From assembly GCA_009602725.1 (NCBI GenBank), contig WELB01000012.1, positions 404,250 to 460,997 of the forward strand: DNA of 56,748 nt, written 5' to 3'. The position numbers and the translations under genes are program-made. Shown one piece after another: positions 26,723 to 39,477 of this stretch (positions are counted from its first letter, which is position 1; each line of letters starts with the position of its first letter). This DNA comes from Spirogloea muscicola. Its lineage: Eukaryota. Under the pieces are notes generated by a model that was given only the letters and a program-made list of their open reading frames with translations, had not been told where the DNA came from and searched no databases.

Positions 26723-26841
26723 GTGATACGATCATACCAGGGCCACTACACCGGAACCACAGAACTCCGAAGTTAAGCTCCCTTGGGCGAGAATAGTACT
26801 GGGATGGGTGACCTCCCGGGAAGTCCTCGTGTCGTATCCAC
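26723..26841 (+). rRNA. 5S rRNA: 5S rRNA gene, single dispersed copy (variant or possible pseudogene)
   Basis: gatacgatcataccaggg...agaactccgaagttaagc...ttgggcgagaatagtactgggatgggtgacctcccgggaagtcctcgtgtcgtatcc. Helix I GATACG/CGTATC pairs, and box A- and box C-like segments are present. Confidence 0.93.
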
Positions 26842-26845
26842 GACA

Positions 26846-26849
26846 TTTT
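26846..26849 (+). terminator. RNA Pol III oligo-T terminator of the 5S gene
   Basis: TTTT a few nt after the 5S 3' end. Confidence 0.6.
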
Positions 26850-26929
26850 GCCTAGGCTGCTATACCCTCCCCCCCTGCCGGGCCTTTCCACCAACCCTTC
26901 TTAAATGTGTTTAGCTCGTATTTTGGCCC

Positions 26930-27150
26930 TTTCGAAACTTATCAATTCTTTTCGAGCTGGCTTCTCACAGCCCTTGCCCCCATTGGGAGAGCCACTTCTT
27001 CTTGAATGTGGCGATGAGACAGCCGCCCCTTTCAGAGCGCCGTTCCTTTCGCCCACTTTGGATGAGCTTGCTTCTGAAAAATGAAGAACAGCGATTCCGA
27101 ATTGACTGGTGGCTGTGAGAGGCCAGCCCAAAAGATTGGAACAAGCTGAA
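26930..27150. repeat. Inverted pair of repeat-family cores (small MITE-like unit) immediately downstream of 5S
   Basis: aattctttttcgagctggcttctcacagccc (26944-26973) vs ggctgtgagaggccagcccaaaagatt (27110-27137). Internal ttgggagagccacttc (26983-26998) is the reverse complement of 8725-8740. Confidence 0.75.
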
Positions 27151-27849
27151 AAAGCTGCAATGCACCTTCTCTGTAAGCCTCGCGCCGGCATGTACTGCGA
27201 TCGTCGCTCCGGAGGGACCGTGCCTGGCATGGCGCGCTTCTGCAGCTGCCGCCGCTGCTGCCGCCTCCTTGCTCTGGCCAGGAGAGGTGTGCAGCTCTTG
27301 GAGGAGCGGCTTGAGTACAGGAATCTGTCGGAGGACTGCAAATGAAGGACTCTGTGCGTCACCTCACTATGGAGCAAAGAAAGAGCTGCAATTGGAGTCA
27401 TGGCTGCCTACTGCGCCCTGGGTCCGGCTTCACTTTGACGACTTCACAAATCAGTGCCGGCCATCAGTGCTGAGGTGTCCACCAGGCACCTAAATAGCTT
27501 GCGGCTGATGGACATTTATCAATTGTATCAGTCGCAGACCACTACCGGTGGCAGCCCCAACCTTCATCTTCTGGTCAGGAAGTTGCAGGTGTTACTGCGA
27601 GTCCGCCTAGACGGTCATGGACCACAAGTACAAGCTGCTAGCATCTATTGCCCAGTCATTGAAGGCCCGAGTAAAGGCAGGAGGAAGGCAGCTGGAAGAG
27701 GCACAAGCCCAGGTTAGAGGACAATACCTGTGACATCGAATGTGAATGCCTGAAGCTAACTCGCTTCTAGGTCTTTCATTTACGAAATTTGCTGCTATGA
27801 TAGCAGCCTACCAAGTGTGCATTGTCCAAAGTGTTAGGAGGCATGATCA

Positions 27850-30100
27850 GAAAGAGCCTTCTGCCTAAAACCATTTTGCTGTGGTCCAAGCAGGCCATAT
27901 GACCTGTTTTCCATATGAAATGTATCTGTCCAGGATAGCTACCCACTGTCACTTTGAGACCAAGATGTAGATCAAACATCAGAGGTTTGCTTTAGTCAAG
28001 CCATGTGTTTCATTCTGTAGTGTCCTACCTCATGGCGCAGGTAGAGAAGAGGAAGGAATTACTGCTGTCATCCTGCCACGTGATGACAGTGAGCACAACA
28101 TGGCCCCGTTGAGTGCTCATTGGAAGGAAGAAGTCTTTTGCATCTGGGAAGGGTGGTGTGCCTACAGCTGCTGGTACCTTGGCGACTAATTTCTAGCAGA
28201 TTCCTTGACCTAAGACAGGCTGGTCTTGCATATGGCAGCAAAGTGCTGAGCGCCAAGCCTGCTGCCAGCTGGAATTACCCGAAGGTGCAGCCCTGAAAGT
28301 GTTGGAAGTGATGGACATTGAGCAGCATGTAGTTGGAGACACACTTGCCATTGCCGCGCGTCTGCAGAGCTGCCTTCCAAAGTATGATAGGCTTACCATG
28401 AATGACCTTGCACAGCCTTCGATCTGCACTTCTAAATCAGAGCCTAGCTGGGAATCAGACAGCAGAGCGCAGCATTCAGTATGACTAAGCTAGTAGCAAA
28501 CTCCATCTGTGGTCCTGCTTCTGGTGCAGCGCTCCATTTCTGTACAAGTCAGTGTGACAAAGGCCAGTAGCATATGTTACATGGGATTTCTGGATGCAAT
28601 TGCCTGTATGATGGCTCTGACAAGGGCGAAGGGGATGCAGGCAGTATCAGCTTGCAAACGTATATCTGCTGCCCGCTTGTCATCAAGGGCCAGCAACATG
28701 TCGTTCATCAGGACAACCATTTTGCAACCTCCAGCAGCCAGACTTCAATGTTGTGCTCTCCATGCCAATCAGTGCATTGTGGGGGCTTGACAACCCCATG
28801 TCTGTCGATACGCTTGTAGTGGCGTCGATTCAACTCAAGGACTGCTTTGAAGGAGTCAAAACGCTAGGTGGATATATAAGGACGCAAGTTGTGTATGCTA
28901 TTCAAGCTCTACCTTCAATTGACGTCCACATCCAACAGCTTTTACAGCCACTGCTTTCATCCCAAGTCCCAAGTACATGCTGGCAAGGTACAGTGTAGCT
29001 CAGGTTGTGCATTTGAATTTTTCCACATGAAAGCCCAGTGCTCGGCTGCTTGCATGTTGGCAGAAAGATGTGGCCTTACACATCTACTGCTCTGGCATCT
29101 GGCCTTGTGGGTGATCAGCTGCTGTCAGATCGGAACTTCTTGTGTCAGCAGTGGGGGAAGCTTCCTTACCAGCCGCACTTGATGAGATCATCACGTGCGC
29201 ACTCCATATGGATCACAGGCCAGCTCGCTATGTACCAACTTGTGTGGTAGGCCCCTCTGATTTCGCATGAAGACCAGATATGCTTTTTGTGCTTTCTTGT
29301 TATTGTTGTCATGACATATGATGTCTATCATATGTCATGACTCTTAGGCAGCTGCTTGGTCCTGTACTACTGGGCCTCAGTGCGACATTCTCTTGCCCAG
29401 CTTCGGCGAGCACTGCAGCAATGGTACAATTATGCGCATGCTTGTCACTGTAGCTTGTCACTGTTGCTAGGCTGGCAGCAATGCTCACAAGTAGTAAGAT
29501 TCATTCCCTTTGGGCAGGGCCAATTGGGCCTGGTTGCAAAGCCGGGCAGCCCATGTGCAGATGCAACTTTGACAATCCTCAAGCATGTTGCACACCTCAC
29601 GATTCGAGCAATGGACAAGGACCGGCTTGCTATTTTGCAGCAGTCGGTCTTCTTTGAGCTACCACCCGGTACATACTTGGTTTGTGAAGGCTTCTTTGCC
29701 TGATTAAGCAAACACATCTGATTCCCATGACAAACAAGGCTGAAGGACATTGTGTGCAATATGCTTTGTGGAAACAACATAAAGTGGTATGTCTGTCAGC
29801 TGTGGATTGTTGACTTGCCAGCTTGTCATGCTGCACACCAGGTTGCCATATGTCAACTGACAACACCAGCCTGGAGGCACTTAGTGCATCAGCAGCCTTT
29901 GCAGTCGCCCTTCTTGAGGAAGTGGATGCTTCAGACCAGCTCACTGTGCAAAGCAGCTTGTCAGCACATTGCTGGCAAGAAAGACAGAGCATAATGCTTG
30001 CAAAGGCAAGGACGGATGCTCTTTGCATGCAGCTCCTTATGTTCTTTAGACCCCATTTGGATCCACGGCTACACACTTGACAATTGCAAAGTGACTAAAC
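27850..30100 (-). pseudogene. Possible highly decayed DNA-transposase relic (hAT-like?)
   Basis: No intact ORF or exon structure. Only faint minus-strand fragments (CQVC near 30050, SDSS...PHLSANMQAAEH near 29130-29040, LPMST near 28120), in roughly the order expected for hAT. Confidence 0.2.
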
Positions 30101-31495
30101 AAGAGCACAAATCTCCTCATTATGGGATGTGGAGCCTTCTCATCTCAAGGAGCCTCTCAGGTTGCTATGGACAGCCCCGGCCACCTTCCAGCAGCTTCAC
30201 TTTCATCACTTCGTGTGCAGCTCCACTCGTCCACACCGCAAGAGTGGGCCTTTGCCACTGCTCTCGTGATGCTGGTGCATTGCTACGCAGGCGTTTGCTT
30301 GCTGCTCAGACTCTCCTTCTGATGTGGTCATCACTATGTGGGCCCTCATGTACCAGTTGGCTCTTTTGCAGGGATGTGGTGAGTGGTGGAATGAGCTGTG
30401 GCTGGCCAGTCCGAGAGGAACTTCTCTGAGCTAGGCAAGGGGCCTCTTGCTGTTCCTCTTCATTCTTATAAGGCCAAGTTCTCACAGTCACGGTTCATCT
30501 AGGAGCCCGGTTTCCTCATTCTTCTGCTGGACCGAGGGCGCACCAGTGACCAGCTTGTACCTTAAGAGGGGTTTGAAGGCCTCAAGGATAAGAGGAGGCT
30601 GGCCACTCCTCTACAGTGCCCCCAACATGGGGATCAGGGGGGAGCACGCAGAGAGCTGTCATCGTTGGCTGCAGGGAGAAAGCGCTTGCATGTTAGGAGA
30701 GCATTTGTGGAGGCCAGCCAAGTGCTTACAAGGATGGGTCTGGGTGGTACTTTACAAATACAGGCCAAAAAGGGTACTCCCTCAGTACTCCCTCGGAGCA
30801 GAATGAAGGAGCTGGCTAAGAGGGGGATTTGAGAGTACCACTACAAGCCAGAGGCAGCTGCGAAAGCTTGACCACTTCTATGCAACAGTGGAGACAGTGG
30901 GGGCAGTGGGGACACGGATGCCCAGTCCATAGACACCAGCCCCAACTGCACAATGCCCCAGGGGGCTTTGCACCCTGCTTGAACCACGTGCCCCGTATGT
31001 GCCCAGTACAGTGCACCTCGCAGAAGGTCGTGAGTCACTCGACTAAGTGCTCTGGGCACTGTGAAGCATGTTAATCCTTATCCTCATTGTAGCCTCCTTC
31101 GTATTGGGTCGACGCCTTGGCCAGGTGCAGGGTAAGCATACATGGCATTGCCGGCAAGTGCAAGTGCCAGGCCTGCCCGCAAGTGCACGGCGTGAGCTTT
31201 GGAACGGTGGAAGGAGGCAAGCATGGAGAAGGTCCGTCTGAGTGCTGACTTGGCGGGTCAGCTTAGCGGCAGGTGATGTACATCTGTCAATGTGCTTGCC
31301 TTGGTACTTGGCCATTTTTTCGTCTCTCCATTACGCAATAATGGAGTGCAGGGCTTAGTCCCCTTCGGATATATGCTCAATTTGGCGATAGGCAGCTGGA
31401 GATTGTTGGGAGTGCCCTTAACCCAAAAGAGACGACCACTCTGTCAGTGGGACGCCGCCGCCGCCGTCGCCGCCGCCGCCGCCGCCGCCGCCGCC

Positions 31496-34400
31496 ATGGC
31501 TGTCGCGGCGGCGCCGGGCCAGNNNNNNNNNNNNNNNNNNNNNNNNNNNNNNNNNNNNNNNNNNNNNNNNNNNNNNNNNNNNNNNNNNNNNNNNNNNNNN
31601 NNNNNNNNNNNNNNNNNNNNNNNNNNNNNNNNNNNNNNNNNNNNNNNNNNNNNNNNNNNNNNNNNNNNNNNNNNNNNNNNNNNNNNNNNNNNNNNNNNGA
31701 CCCCGAGCGCCTGGCCCGCCGCCTGCGGGCGTCCCTTGCGCCGGAGGCGGCGGCGGCTCGCCCGGCGCCGCCGCCGCGGCGGAGGATCGGGAGGAAGGAG
31801 GCCTCCCCGTCCCCCTGCAGCGGCAGTGGCGGCGATGGTGGCGCTGCGTCCGCACACGATGCTGGCGTCGTCCTCCGCGGCGCGCTGCTGCGGGCGCGGT
31901 GCCTCCAGCAGCTGCAGCAGCCTACGGGTGCGCCGCCGCTGTTCCGCCGCCGCCATGGCCCAAGCGGCCGTGCTCACTGCATGCTGCGAGACCCGGCAAG
32001 TCGCTTTCTCTCATGGAGTCGTCGCAGGCTGCTCCTGCTTGGCATGGCGAGCGCATGCATCCCAGCAGTGTGCGTTCCCGACGCTCACGCATCGCTCACG
32101 GTCTTCATCGCCATCCGATGCCGTCACGGCAGAGGCGGCGAAGCACTGCCAGGCGCTGTTGAACGCCATCCACGCCGTCTTCCCAGGAGGCGCTGTCCCT
32201 CCAGGCCCAACAACCGGAGCGATCGCTCAGGTGGCGCGCGAGGCGACCGGCCTCCTGCCGCGGCTGCACAAGCAGGCCGGAGACGTGCGGGCCGCCATTG
32301 CAGCCTACCGAAGCTCAGTGTGCAGCCCGCTGCTGGCAGCCTCAGAGGAGCTGCTGGAGCTGCAGAAGGACCTTGCGCTGCTGCTCCTATATGCCGGCAG
32401 GGACGGGGGCGGCCCACCTTCAATGGCACGGCGCGGTCATGGAGAGCCGCACATGGGGAGTGACGCCCGGGAAGCTGTGCTCCTGCTCCAGGCCCTGCAG
32501 AAGAAGCGGTGGTCCGAGGAGGTCTTGGAGCACCTCACGTTGGCGTTCGCCGCCGGCGGCGACTTGGAGGGCGCTGCCCGGCAGTACGAGGCGGTGCCGC
32601 CGGGCATCATCAGCCGTGCAGACCAGTGGTACAGCCTGGCGGTCGCCAAGGACGCGATGGGCGACAGCGACTTTGCTATCGACCTCCTGCGCATGGTCCT
32701 TGGCAAGGATGAGCGCCCGCACGACGTGCCGGCGCTCCTCCTTGCGGCGAGGATCTGCAGCTGCCGTGACGAGCTCGCCGAGGAGGGCATGGGGTATGCC
32801 CAGAGTGCGACCGAGCACGCAGTCGGCAAGTGGACGAGCCTTGCTGGGAAGGCTCACCACGTGGCTGGCGTCTGCGCCGGACGGTGTGCACGAATGCAGG
32901 AGCTGGAAGCTGCGCGTGCCAAGCTGCGTGCGCAATCAGTTGGCAGCCTCCAGCGGGCGTGGACGCTTGAGAAGGCAGAGGTGTTGGAAGGCAAGTCGGA
33001 GGTACGAGATGGTGAAGCAGGGGACGCGGCCGTGGCTCTCGACCTCGGACTCCAGCTGGCGGAGATGCGGGAACTGGCACCGGCAATGTGCTGGGCCAGG
33101 CGGGCCCTCGTAGATGGTCAATCATGTGATGCACGAGCGTGGCAACTGCTCGGGCTGATCCTGTGTGCACAGCGCCGGCTTGAGGACGCGCTCGATGCCT
33201 GCAATGTTGGCCTTGAGGAGCTTGCGCCTGGCGCCAGTAAGGTAAGGTCATGCTCTGGTGCCATTAGGTCACATAGTCTGGGTCTAAGCTTCCAGCTTTG
33301 AGCTTATTGTTTAGGACTTAGTATCAGAATCAAGATAATCAGATTGTTCTTAGACTTCCTCTTACACCGAGGACAAGTGAATGCTTAATGAGATGCAGGT
33401 TGAGGACATCAGGGCTGAAAGTCAACGATCAGGAATAGCATTGCTTGAATGCGAGGTTGATCCAGCTACACAGGCAACACGATGTTGTCTATGCACATCA
33501 TTGTACACCTTTGTTGTAGGCAGGTTGCGCTACTTCACACCAAATGCAGGGTTCAATTAGCGAGCGGATCTCCGCTGTTGGCTCTGGAGACAATCAGAAC
33601 CTGCTTGCAAATTGCTGGAGAAGCGGTGCGGATGTGACACTTGTGCTACAGTGCCTTTGAATATCAATGTAGTGCATGTAGGATGTGCAGGGTGTGTGAA
33701 AATTTAGGGTTGTTGCTTGGGTCACACTGTTTCGTGTTGTAGGGTTGACACTACAGGTGTTCCATACTGAGGGGCTTAGCTTGCTGCCAAGTCCAGCAGA
33801 GCCAAGCTATACTGCAGCTCTTGTTGCCGGCATCAGCAGCTACCAACACATGGCTTACTTCATCCTCTGTGGATGGACCTTACAGGTGGAGGAGGTCTGG
33901 GAGGATCTCGCCGAGGCTTACATCAAGCTGAAGCAATGGCAAGATGCTGCCATATGTGCTGAAAGGGCACGGGCTATCAAGCCAGGTTCTGCAGCTGCAT
34001 GGCTAGTGTCAGGTGAGGCAATGCACTCTTGGGTTGTTAACTGGACCTTCTCAATGTAGTTGTACCTAAGCATTCGCTTGCAAGTTGCTAAATCATGTTG
34101 TGCAATGCTGCTCTATCTAGCAAGCTGTTATCCCTCTCTTTGACAGCCTCTGGTTGGTCGAGGTTGGCCGCTGCTTTTCTGGATTTTACACCGAGGACAA
34201 GTTGGATCCACCAGAGGACACTGTGACTACGCAGGGTACCTTGGCTGGATTGCGAGCATTCTCATGCAGGTAGCTGTTGACTGCGTGTAGCAGGTGTTGT
34301 CCTAGAGGGTCAAGGGGACAATGAAGGCGCTTGGAGTGCGTATGAAATGGCCATCACCCTCGCTCCGCACTACAGTCCCGCCCTTGTCCGGGCCAGCAGG

Positions 34401-34625
34401 ATGCAGGCCCGCCTGAAGCACCCGGCGTTGGCGAGGATCCTTGTAGATGATGCCCTTCGTGCCGATCCCGAAGACCACCTGGCTTGGCAGCAGCTAGAGG
34501 AGCTGCACAGGGAGGCCTCCAGAGTGGGGGAGGCTGAGGAGGCCTCCGCCAACGCCCGCAAGTACGAACAGACGGCGCCGGCTCTTCCTTTCTGGAGCAT
34601 TTCGAGGGCTGCTTCTGATGCCTGA
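31496..34625 (+). CDS. NPGR: TPR protein, NPG1/NPGR (TTC7-like PI4-kinase scaffold) family; 5' part interrupted by the N-gap at 31523-31698
   Basis: EAAKHCQALLNAI, LLPRLHKQAG...AIAAYR, LQKDLALLLLYAG, WSEEVLEHLTLA, PPGIISRADQWYSLA, LLLAARIC, AWQLLGLILCAQRR, EVWEDLAEAYIKLKQWQDAAIC, ARILVDDALRADPEDHLAW. Start ATG is tentative. Confidence 0.85.
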
Positions 34626-35447
34626 TTTGACTGCAGCCCTCTTAAGCAAAACCTCTGCAGCATTTATGCTGGTACATATCCGTCCTAACAGCTCATAGTG
34701 AGCCAATAACCTCAACCCGGTTTTTATCACAGATCATAAGTGCAACCCCCTCTGCATAGAGGGGCTGTGCAATCAGGCCTATAATTGAGGAAAACCTGGG
34801 ATCTAGGATTCTGGACTGGGCAGCCCTCTCATGCCAGATTTGTGCTGCATCCATGGCGATACGATTGCGTTTGAACAGCACATGAAGAGCAACTTCCAAG
34901 CAGCAAAATCAGCTTGTGTGATTGTGTGTCACTCGAAGTGTCTTTTAAGCTAGCCCCTCGTCTCTGCGGTTGCCGTTCACAGCCACTGTCTTTCATTGAG
35001 AGCGCTGTTATGTTCCATTCCTGTCTGGCATTTTCACAGCTCCCGACCCCTTTCGGACTGTCTGTGTCACTTGGCTGCTGTCCGAAGCCCCAGTGGCTCC
35101 TCGCACTCCGCCACGAGCTCTGCGCACTGTGAGCGCCGCACTCAGCGCACTGGCCGCGCTTCGGCTCCGCCCGCCTCGTCTCCAGCTGCGGCCGCGGCGC
35201 CCGAGCTCTGCAAGAGGCGCAGCTGCGCGAGGCGTGGGGGTCCGCGAGAGCCGACGCCGCAGCTTGGTGCTGGCCCGGCGACCAGCCGGCGGAGGAGCGG
35301 GGCCGGGCAGCGCCAGTGGGACTTGGGGTCCCGGCGCCGTCGCGGCGGCGTTGCGGCCGCACCACTCAGGCGCGGAGGCGGCGTTGAGGTGCCGCCGTGG
35401 TGGGCTCGGCCGGGAGGCGCCAGGCAGGGCCAGGCAGGGCCGGGGCG

Positions 35448-36595
35448 ATGGACGAACTTGCGGCGATGGTGGAGTCAGCGACGGAGGAGATCCGGCGCAC
35501 GCTGAAGCAGATGAACGAGGGCGACGGCGGCGCCGACGGCCTCTTCACGCAGGCCTCCGCCTTCGTCAGGGCGGTCGACTGGATGGTGCGGCGCCTGAGC
35601 TAGGGGCTTTGCATGCAGCGCTGACCCTGCAAGCCTTGAGCCGCCGGACAACGCGCCATTGCGCCTTTGCGTCAGTGCATGTCTGCCCACATCGCACGAG
35701 CCTTGCTCTTCGTACTCGCAGTCGTACTTGGGGGGGGGGCAGTCGTGGCTCGTCCAATGAGGCCGCGCATGAGTCGGTCGATTGCAGGACAGACCACAGG
35801 CCCACAGTACCAGAGGAGGAAGGCATCAACGATGTGCCAGCCACTAGCAACCCAGTCTGCACTGCCGTTGCGCTGCTCCCGCGCCACTCTTGCCTTGAGT
35901 CCTCTTCCAATGGAGAACTCCTCCCTGAGCAGGTGGCTGCGCGCGCGTGCTTGCAGGAGCCGTGGCTGCTCGGGTTGATTGCCTGCCACGTCATCTTCAT
36001 CCTGCTGGCTATAACCACTTGGAGACGAATAAATGTGCAGGCTGCAATCTTCCTCTTTGCGTGTGAGTACCCAGTGACCCTCGCTTGCTGACCCATGGAT
36101 TATCACTGGTAACATTTCGGCGGACTTGGATGCACATGCAGCTCTTTCAGTCACCCCTCCGCGCTACTCTCATGTCAGGGATGCTTTGTCAACTGAATTT
36201 GCTCTTGGTGTGCAACTTACAGGCGCGTCCGTGTATGGCGCTGAGCGATTGAACAGGCTCCTGGGCCTGTACTGGAAGAAATTTGCTACTCAGCAGTATT
36301 TTGACCGGCAAGGCATCTTCATCTCAACAGTCTTATCGGGTCCCATGCTCATAATCGCCACAATTATCTTGGTAAGCTCAACTCGGCCTATCTCGCGCGC
36401 ATATTTCTGCAAGATCGAAATCAAGAGCTCCAGAATTCTCCCAGGCGACTAGCAGGTCAATCTGCACATGCTGCGCTCTTACTGCGATATAGTGTGTCGC
36501 AGGTGAACTTGTTAAGGAACGTGGTTGACTTGATGGTGAGGTGGAAGCGAGCTCAGCTTCGACATCGAGCCGCCCTTGCAAAGAAAGAAGAGTAG
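35448..36595 (+). CDS. TMEM18: Transmembrane protein 18; 4 exons
   Basis: AFVRAVDWM / EPWLLGLIACH...VQAAIFLF / VYGAERLNRLL..YWKKFATQQYFDRQGIFISTVLSGPML / VNLLRNVVDLMVRWKRAQLRHRA..KKEE*. Confidence 0.93.
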
Positions 36596-36692
36596 GAAGA
36601 TTCACTTTACTTTCATACTGTTGCAACTTTGGCAGCCTCAACAAGGGCTTGCCCGTTGCTGGCTGCTGGCAGCAGTGGGCCGCTTGGCCACG

Positions 36693-38774
36693 TCAATGTA
36701 CCACACGGTCGCTCTCATGCTTGAGCACAAGCGCTGCCAGCATGGCAATGGCTGCAGTCTCAACTCTGAGCCTCCTGGGGCCGAGGCCAACAGGCAGAGC
36801 TCCCCTGCTGAGCAGCATGCTCACTTCCTTCTCCGTGAAGTCTGAGCAAAAGGCACGTTCAGGTGGCTTATTCAAGGCACAAGATTGAGCAGCAACACTG
36901 CAACAAGCACCACTTCACTGCGCAGGCAAGTTCCACTTCCATCGTGAGGGGTCAGAATTCACCGTGGGCAAGTACAGTCTAAACCCTCAAATACACGACA
37001 TCAACCCTCCCCTCTGACGACCTAATTTCAGTCCGACCGGGCTTGGCCAGAGAGCAACGAAGCGAAGTGGTCTGTACTCTATGAGTTTTTGATCTTCATC
37101 AGGCAGATGTGGGCTTAGCATCCGAAGTTTACCTCCTTCAGGCCCAATGAGAAGCAAGCCGCCCCTCAAGGCTGCCTCTCTTGAGACTTGCAACAGCAGA
37201 GGCTTGGCCTCAGCCGTGGCAAGGAGTGTTGGGCTAGTATGCCCGACCTGCAAGACAGAAGATGCTGTATTTAGCAGAGAGTTTGCCCCCGGCTGGGCTG
37301 AGCAGAATGTATAGTTAAGCTGCAGGGTGACAGATGTTTGACTGCGACATTCTTTCAGAAGGTTGCGGCGGGCTCGCCAGGGCTGACTCCTCTGTACCTG
37401 CTCCATGAGGTCCTCCACAAGGACGGGCTCGGAGATCTCAAGGCCATGCAGTCTCTGACCTGCCCACAGCGCGGAGTGTGAAGATGAGGCACGAGAAGAC
37501 GCAGATACCATTGGCATTAAGTTGGCAAGTGCAGCCAGATGCGATTAGGAGTGTCGGTAGTGCACATTGCTTGGCGGCCGCTAGCGCCACCCGCTGCCAC
37601 CGGTCGATGCGGCTCTCCGCAGCCCACGGGGAGCGCTCTGTCAGCAGCGGAATGAGTGCAGCGGCCCCCAGCTCCTGCCAGGAGATTAGCACTTCCAGCA
37701 GCTGCCATGGTGTGTTAAGCTTGCTGGAAGCAACTGCGCCAGCAGGCACACAAAGCAGAGCAAGAAGGAATTGCATTAAGTCACACACTGAGTAATGAGT
37801 CCATAGTTGTAGACCGAGTAGGACTTGTGATGTTGCCAACACAGGAGCAAGCAGCAAGTCTCACCGTGCACTTCTCCACCAGCCAGTCTGCTCGGCCGCC
37901 CTTCAGCGTGCCTGTTGGTGCTGGTCCGCATTGTCAGTCTTAGGACAGCAGCATGGCTGAGACATTCCTCGCTGGATCCCCAGACTTGCTCAAGACGAGC
38001 AAGGCTTCTTTCTAATGATATGTATGAGGCAAAGACAGGCAGCTTGTGGCCGCATACCACATGCGACTCCCACAGACCACTTCGGCCCGGCCCAAGGGAC
38101 TGTGACGGGGGAGCCGATGGCTGCGAGCTCGGCCGTCATCTTGTCCATCGACAGTATCTCGGCCTCCACAAGAGCGCCGCGGGCATCAAAGAGCTCCACC
38201 CTGCACGCAGACCAGAGGACACGCTCGCTCACAGGGACTCCAAGTGATATCGTGAAGAGATAGGCTTGTGCTAAAATTTGCCAGTCGCTCAAGAGGTAAG
38301 GCTGCACGCCACCGAAGCCGTCTTCCATTGAGATCAGCAGCTGAGGGGCATTGAGATCAGCAGATGAGGGGCAGTGGATAAATGGCAGCAGGATAAGCCG
38401 CAATGGGCTAACTTAGGAAAGACACATAAGCGAGAGAACCTCAGATCCTTGTGGTCTGAATGCTGGTATATGAGCTTATCCGCACGATCGAGATGGGCAT
38501 CTCCGAGGCCGAGCGAGCGCGGCGAGATTGATGTTACTACTTGTGGGGCTGGACTTTAGGTGTTTGGGACTGTAGGGGTTTGCGGTTCGGGGTCAGCCAG
38601 TGACGCCCCGCAGCATCAGCGGCAGAGAGTTCCCTGTGGCCCACCTGTCGCCGACGGCCAGCCGCAGCGCCTTGGCCATGTGCCACAGCTCGCCGCCGCC
38701 CACCGCCACGACGCCGCCCTGCGCAGCGGGAGCCCGCTCAGAGGCCGACCAGAGAGCAGCGATGATGGCCCGCC

Positions 38775-38805
<31 letters not shown>

Positions 38806-38964
38806 CCAGGTCGCCGGCAGCTGGGCGCGCTATCCACGGCGCCCGCCATGGCGCGGCGCGACCGACCCCGGAGGACGGCAGGTCCGCAGCGAAGAAGCGG
38901 GGCAGGCCGCCGCGCGCCGAGTCCGGGGCCGCCGACGCCGCCGCTCCTCGCCTGGCAGCGGCCG
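36693..38964 (-). CDS. rsmE: 16S rRNA m3U1498 methyltransferase RsmE-like (SPOUT), probably organellar; 5' end in the N-gap
   Basis: GGELWHMAKALRL, VELFDARG, GTLKGGRADWLVEKCT / ELGAAALIPLLTERS, RWQRVALAAAKQC, LLIGPEG / DFTEKE, GLGPRRLRVETAAIA. Confidence 0.93.
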
Positions 38965-39426
38965 NNNNNNNNNNNNNNNNNNNNNNNNNNNNNNNNNNNN
39001 NNNNNNNNNNNNNNNNNNNNNNNNNNNNNNNNNNNNNNNNNNNNNNNNNNNNNNNNNNNNNNNNNNNNNNNNNNNNNNNNNNNNNNNNNNNNNNNNNNNN
39101 NNNNNNNNNNNNNNNNNNNNNNNNNNNNNNNNNNNNNNNNNNNNNNNNNNNNNNNNNNNNNNNNNNNNNNNNNNNNNNNNNNNNNNNNNNNNNNNNNNNN
39201 NNNNNNNNNNNNNNNNNNNNNNNNNNNNNNNNNNNNNNNNNNNNNNNNNNNNNNNNNNNNNNNNNNNNNNNNNNNNNNNNNNNNNNNNNNNNNNNNNNNN
39301 NNNNNNNNNNNNNNNNNNNNNNNNNNNNNNNNNNNNNNNNNNNNNNNNNNNNNNNNNNNNNNNNNNNNNNNNNNNNNNNNNNNNNNNNNNNNNNNNNNNN
39401 NNNNNNNNNNNNNNNNNNNNNNNNNN
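38965..39426. other. Assembly gap (N) covering the shared 5' region of the divergent RsmE and REV7 genes
   Basis: Run of N. Confidence 1.
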
Positions 39427-39441
39427 GGCGGCACCGGCAGC

Positions 39442-39477
<36 letters not shown>

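Noticed and set aside
26101..27150. Repeat core as a tRNA-derived SINE (TGGC..GG box A-like, TTCGAA box B-like)
   Set aside because: The box B-like sequence is present in only some copies, and no cloverleaf, tail or TSD was seen.
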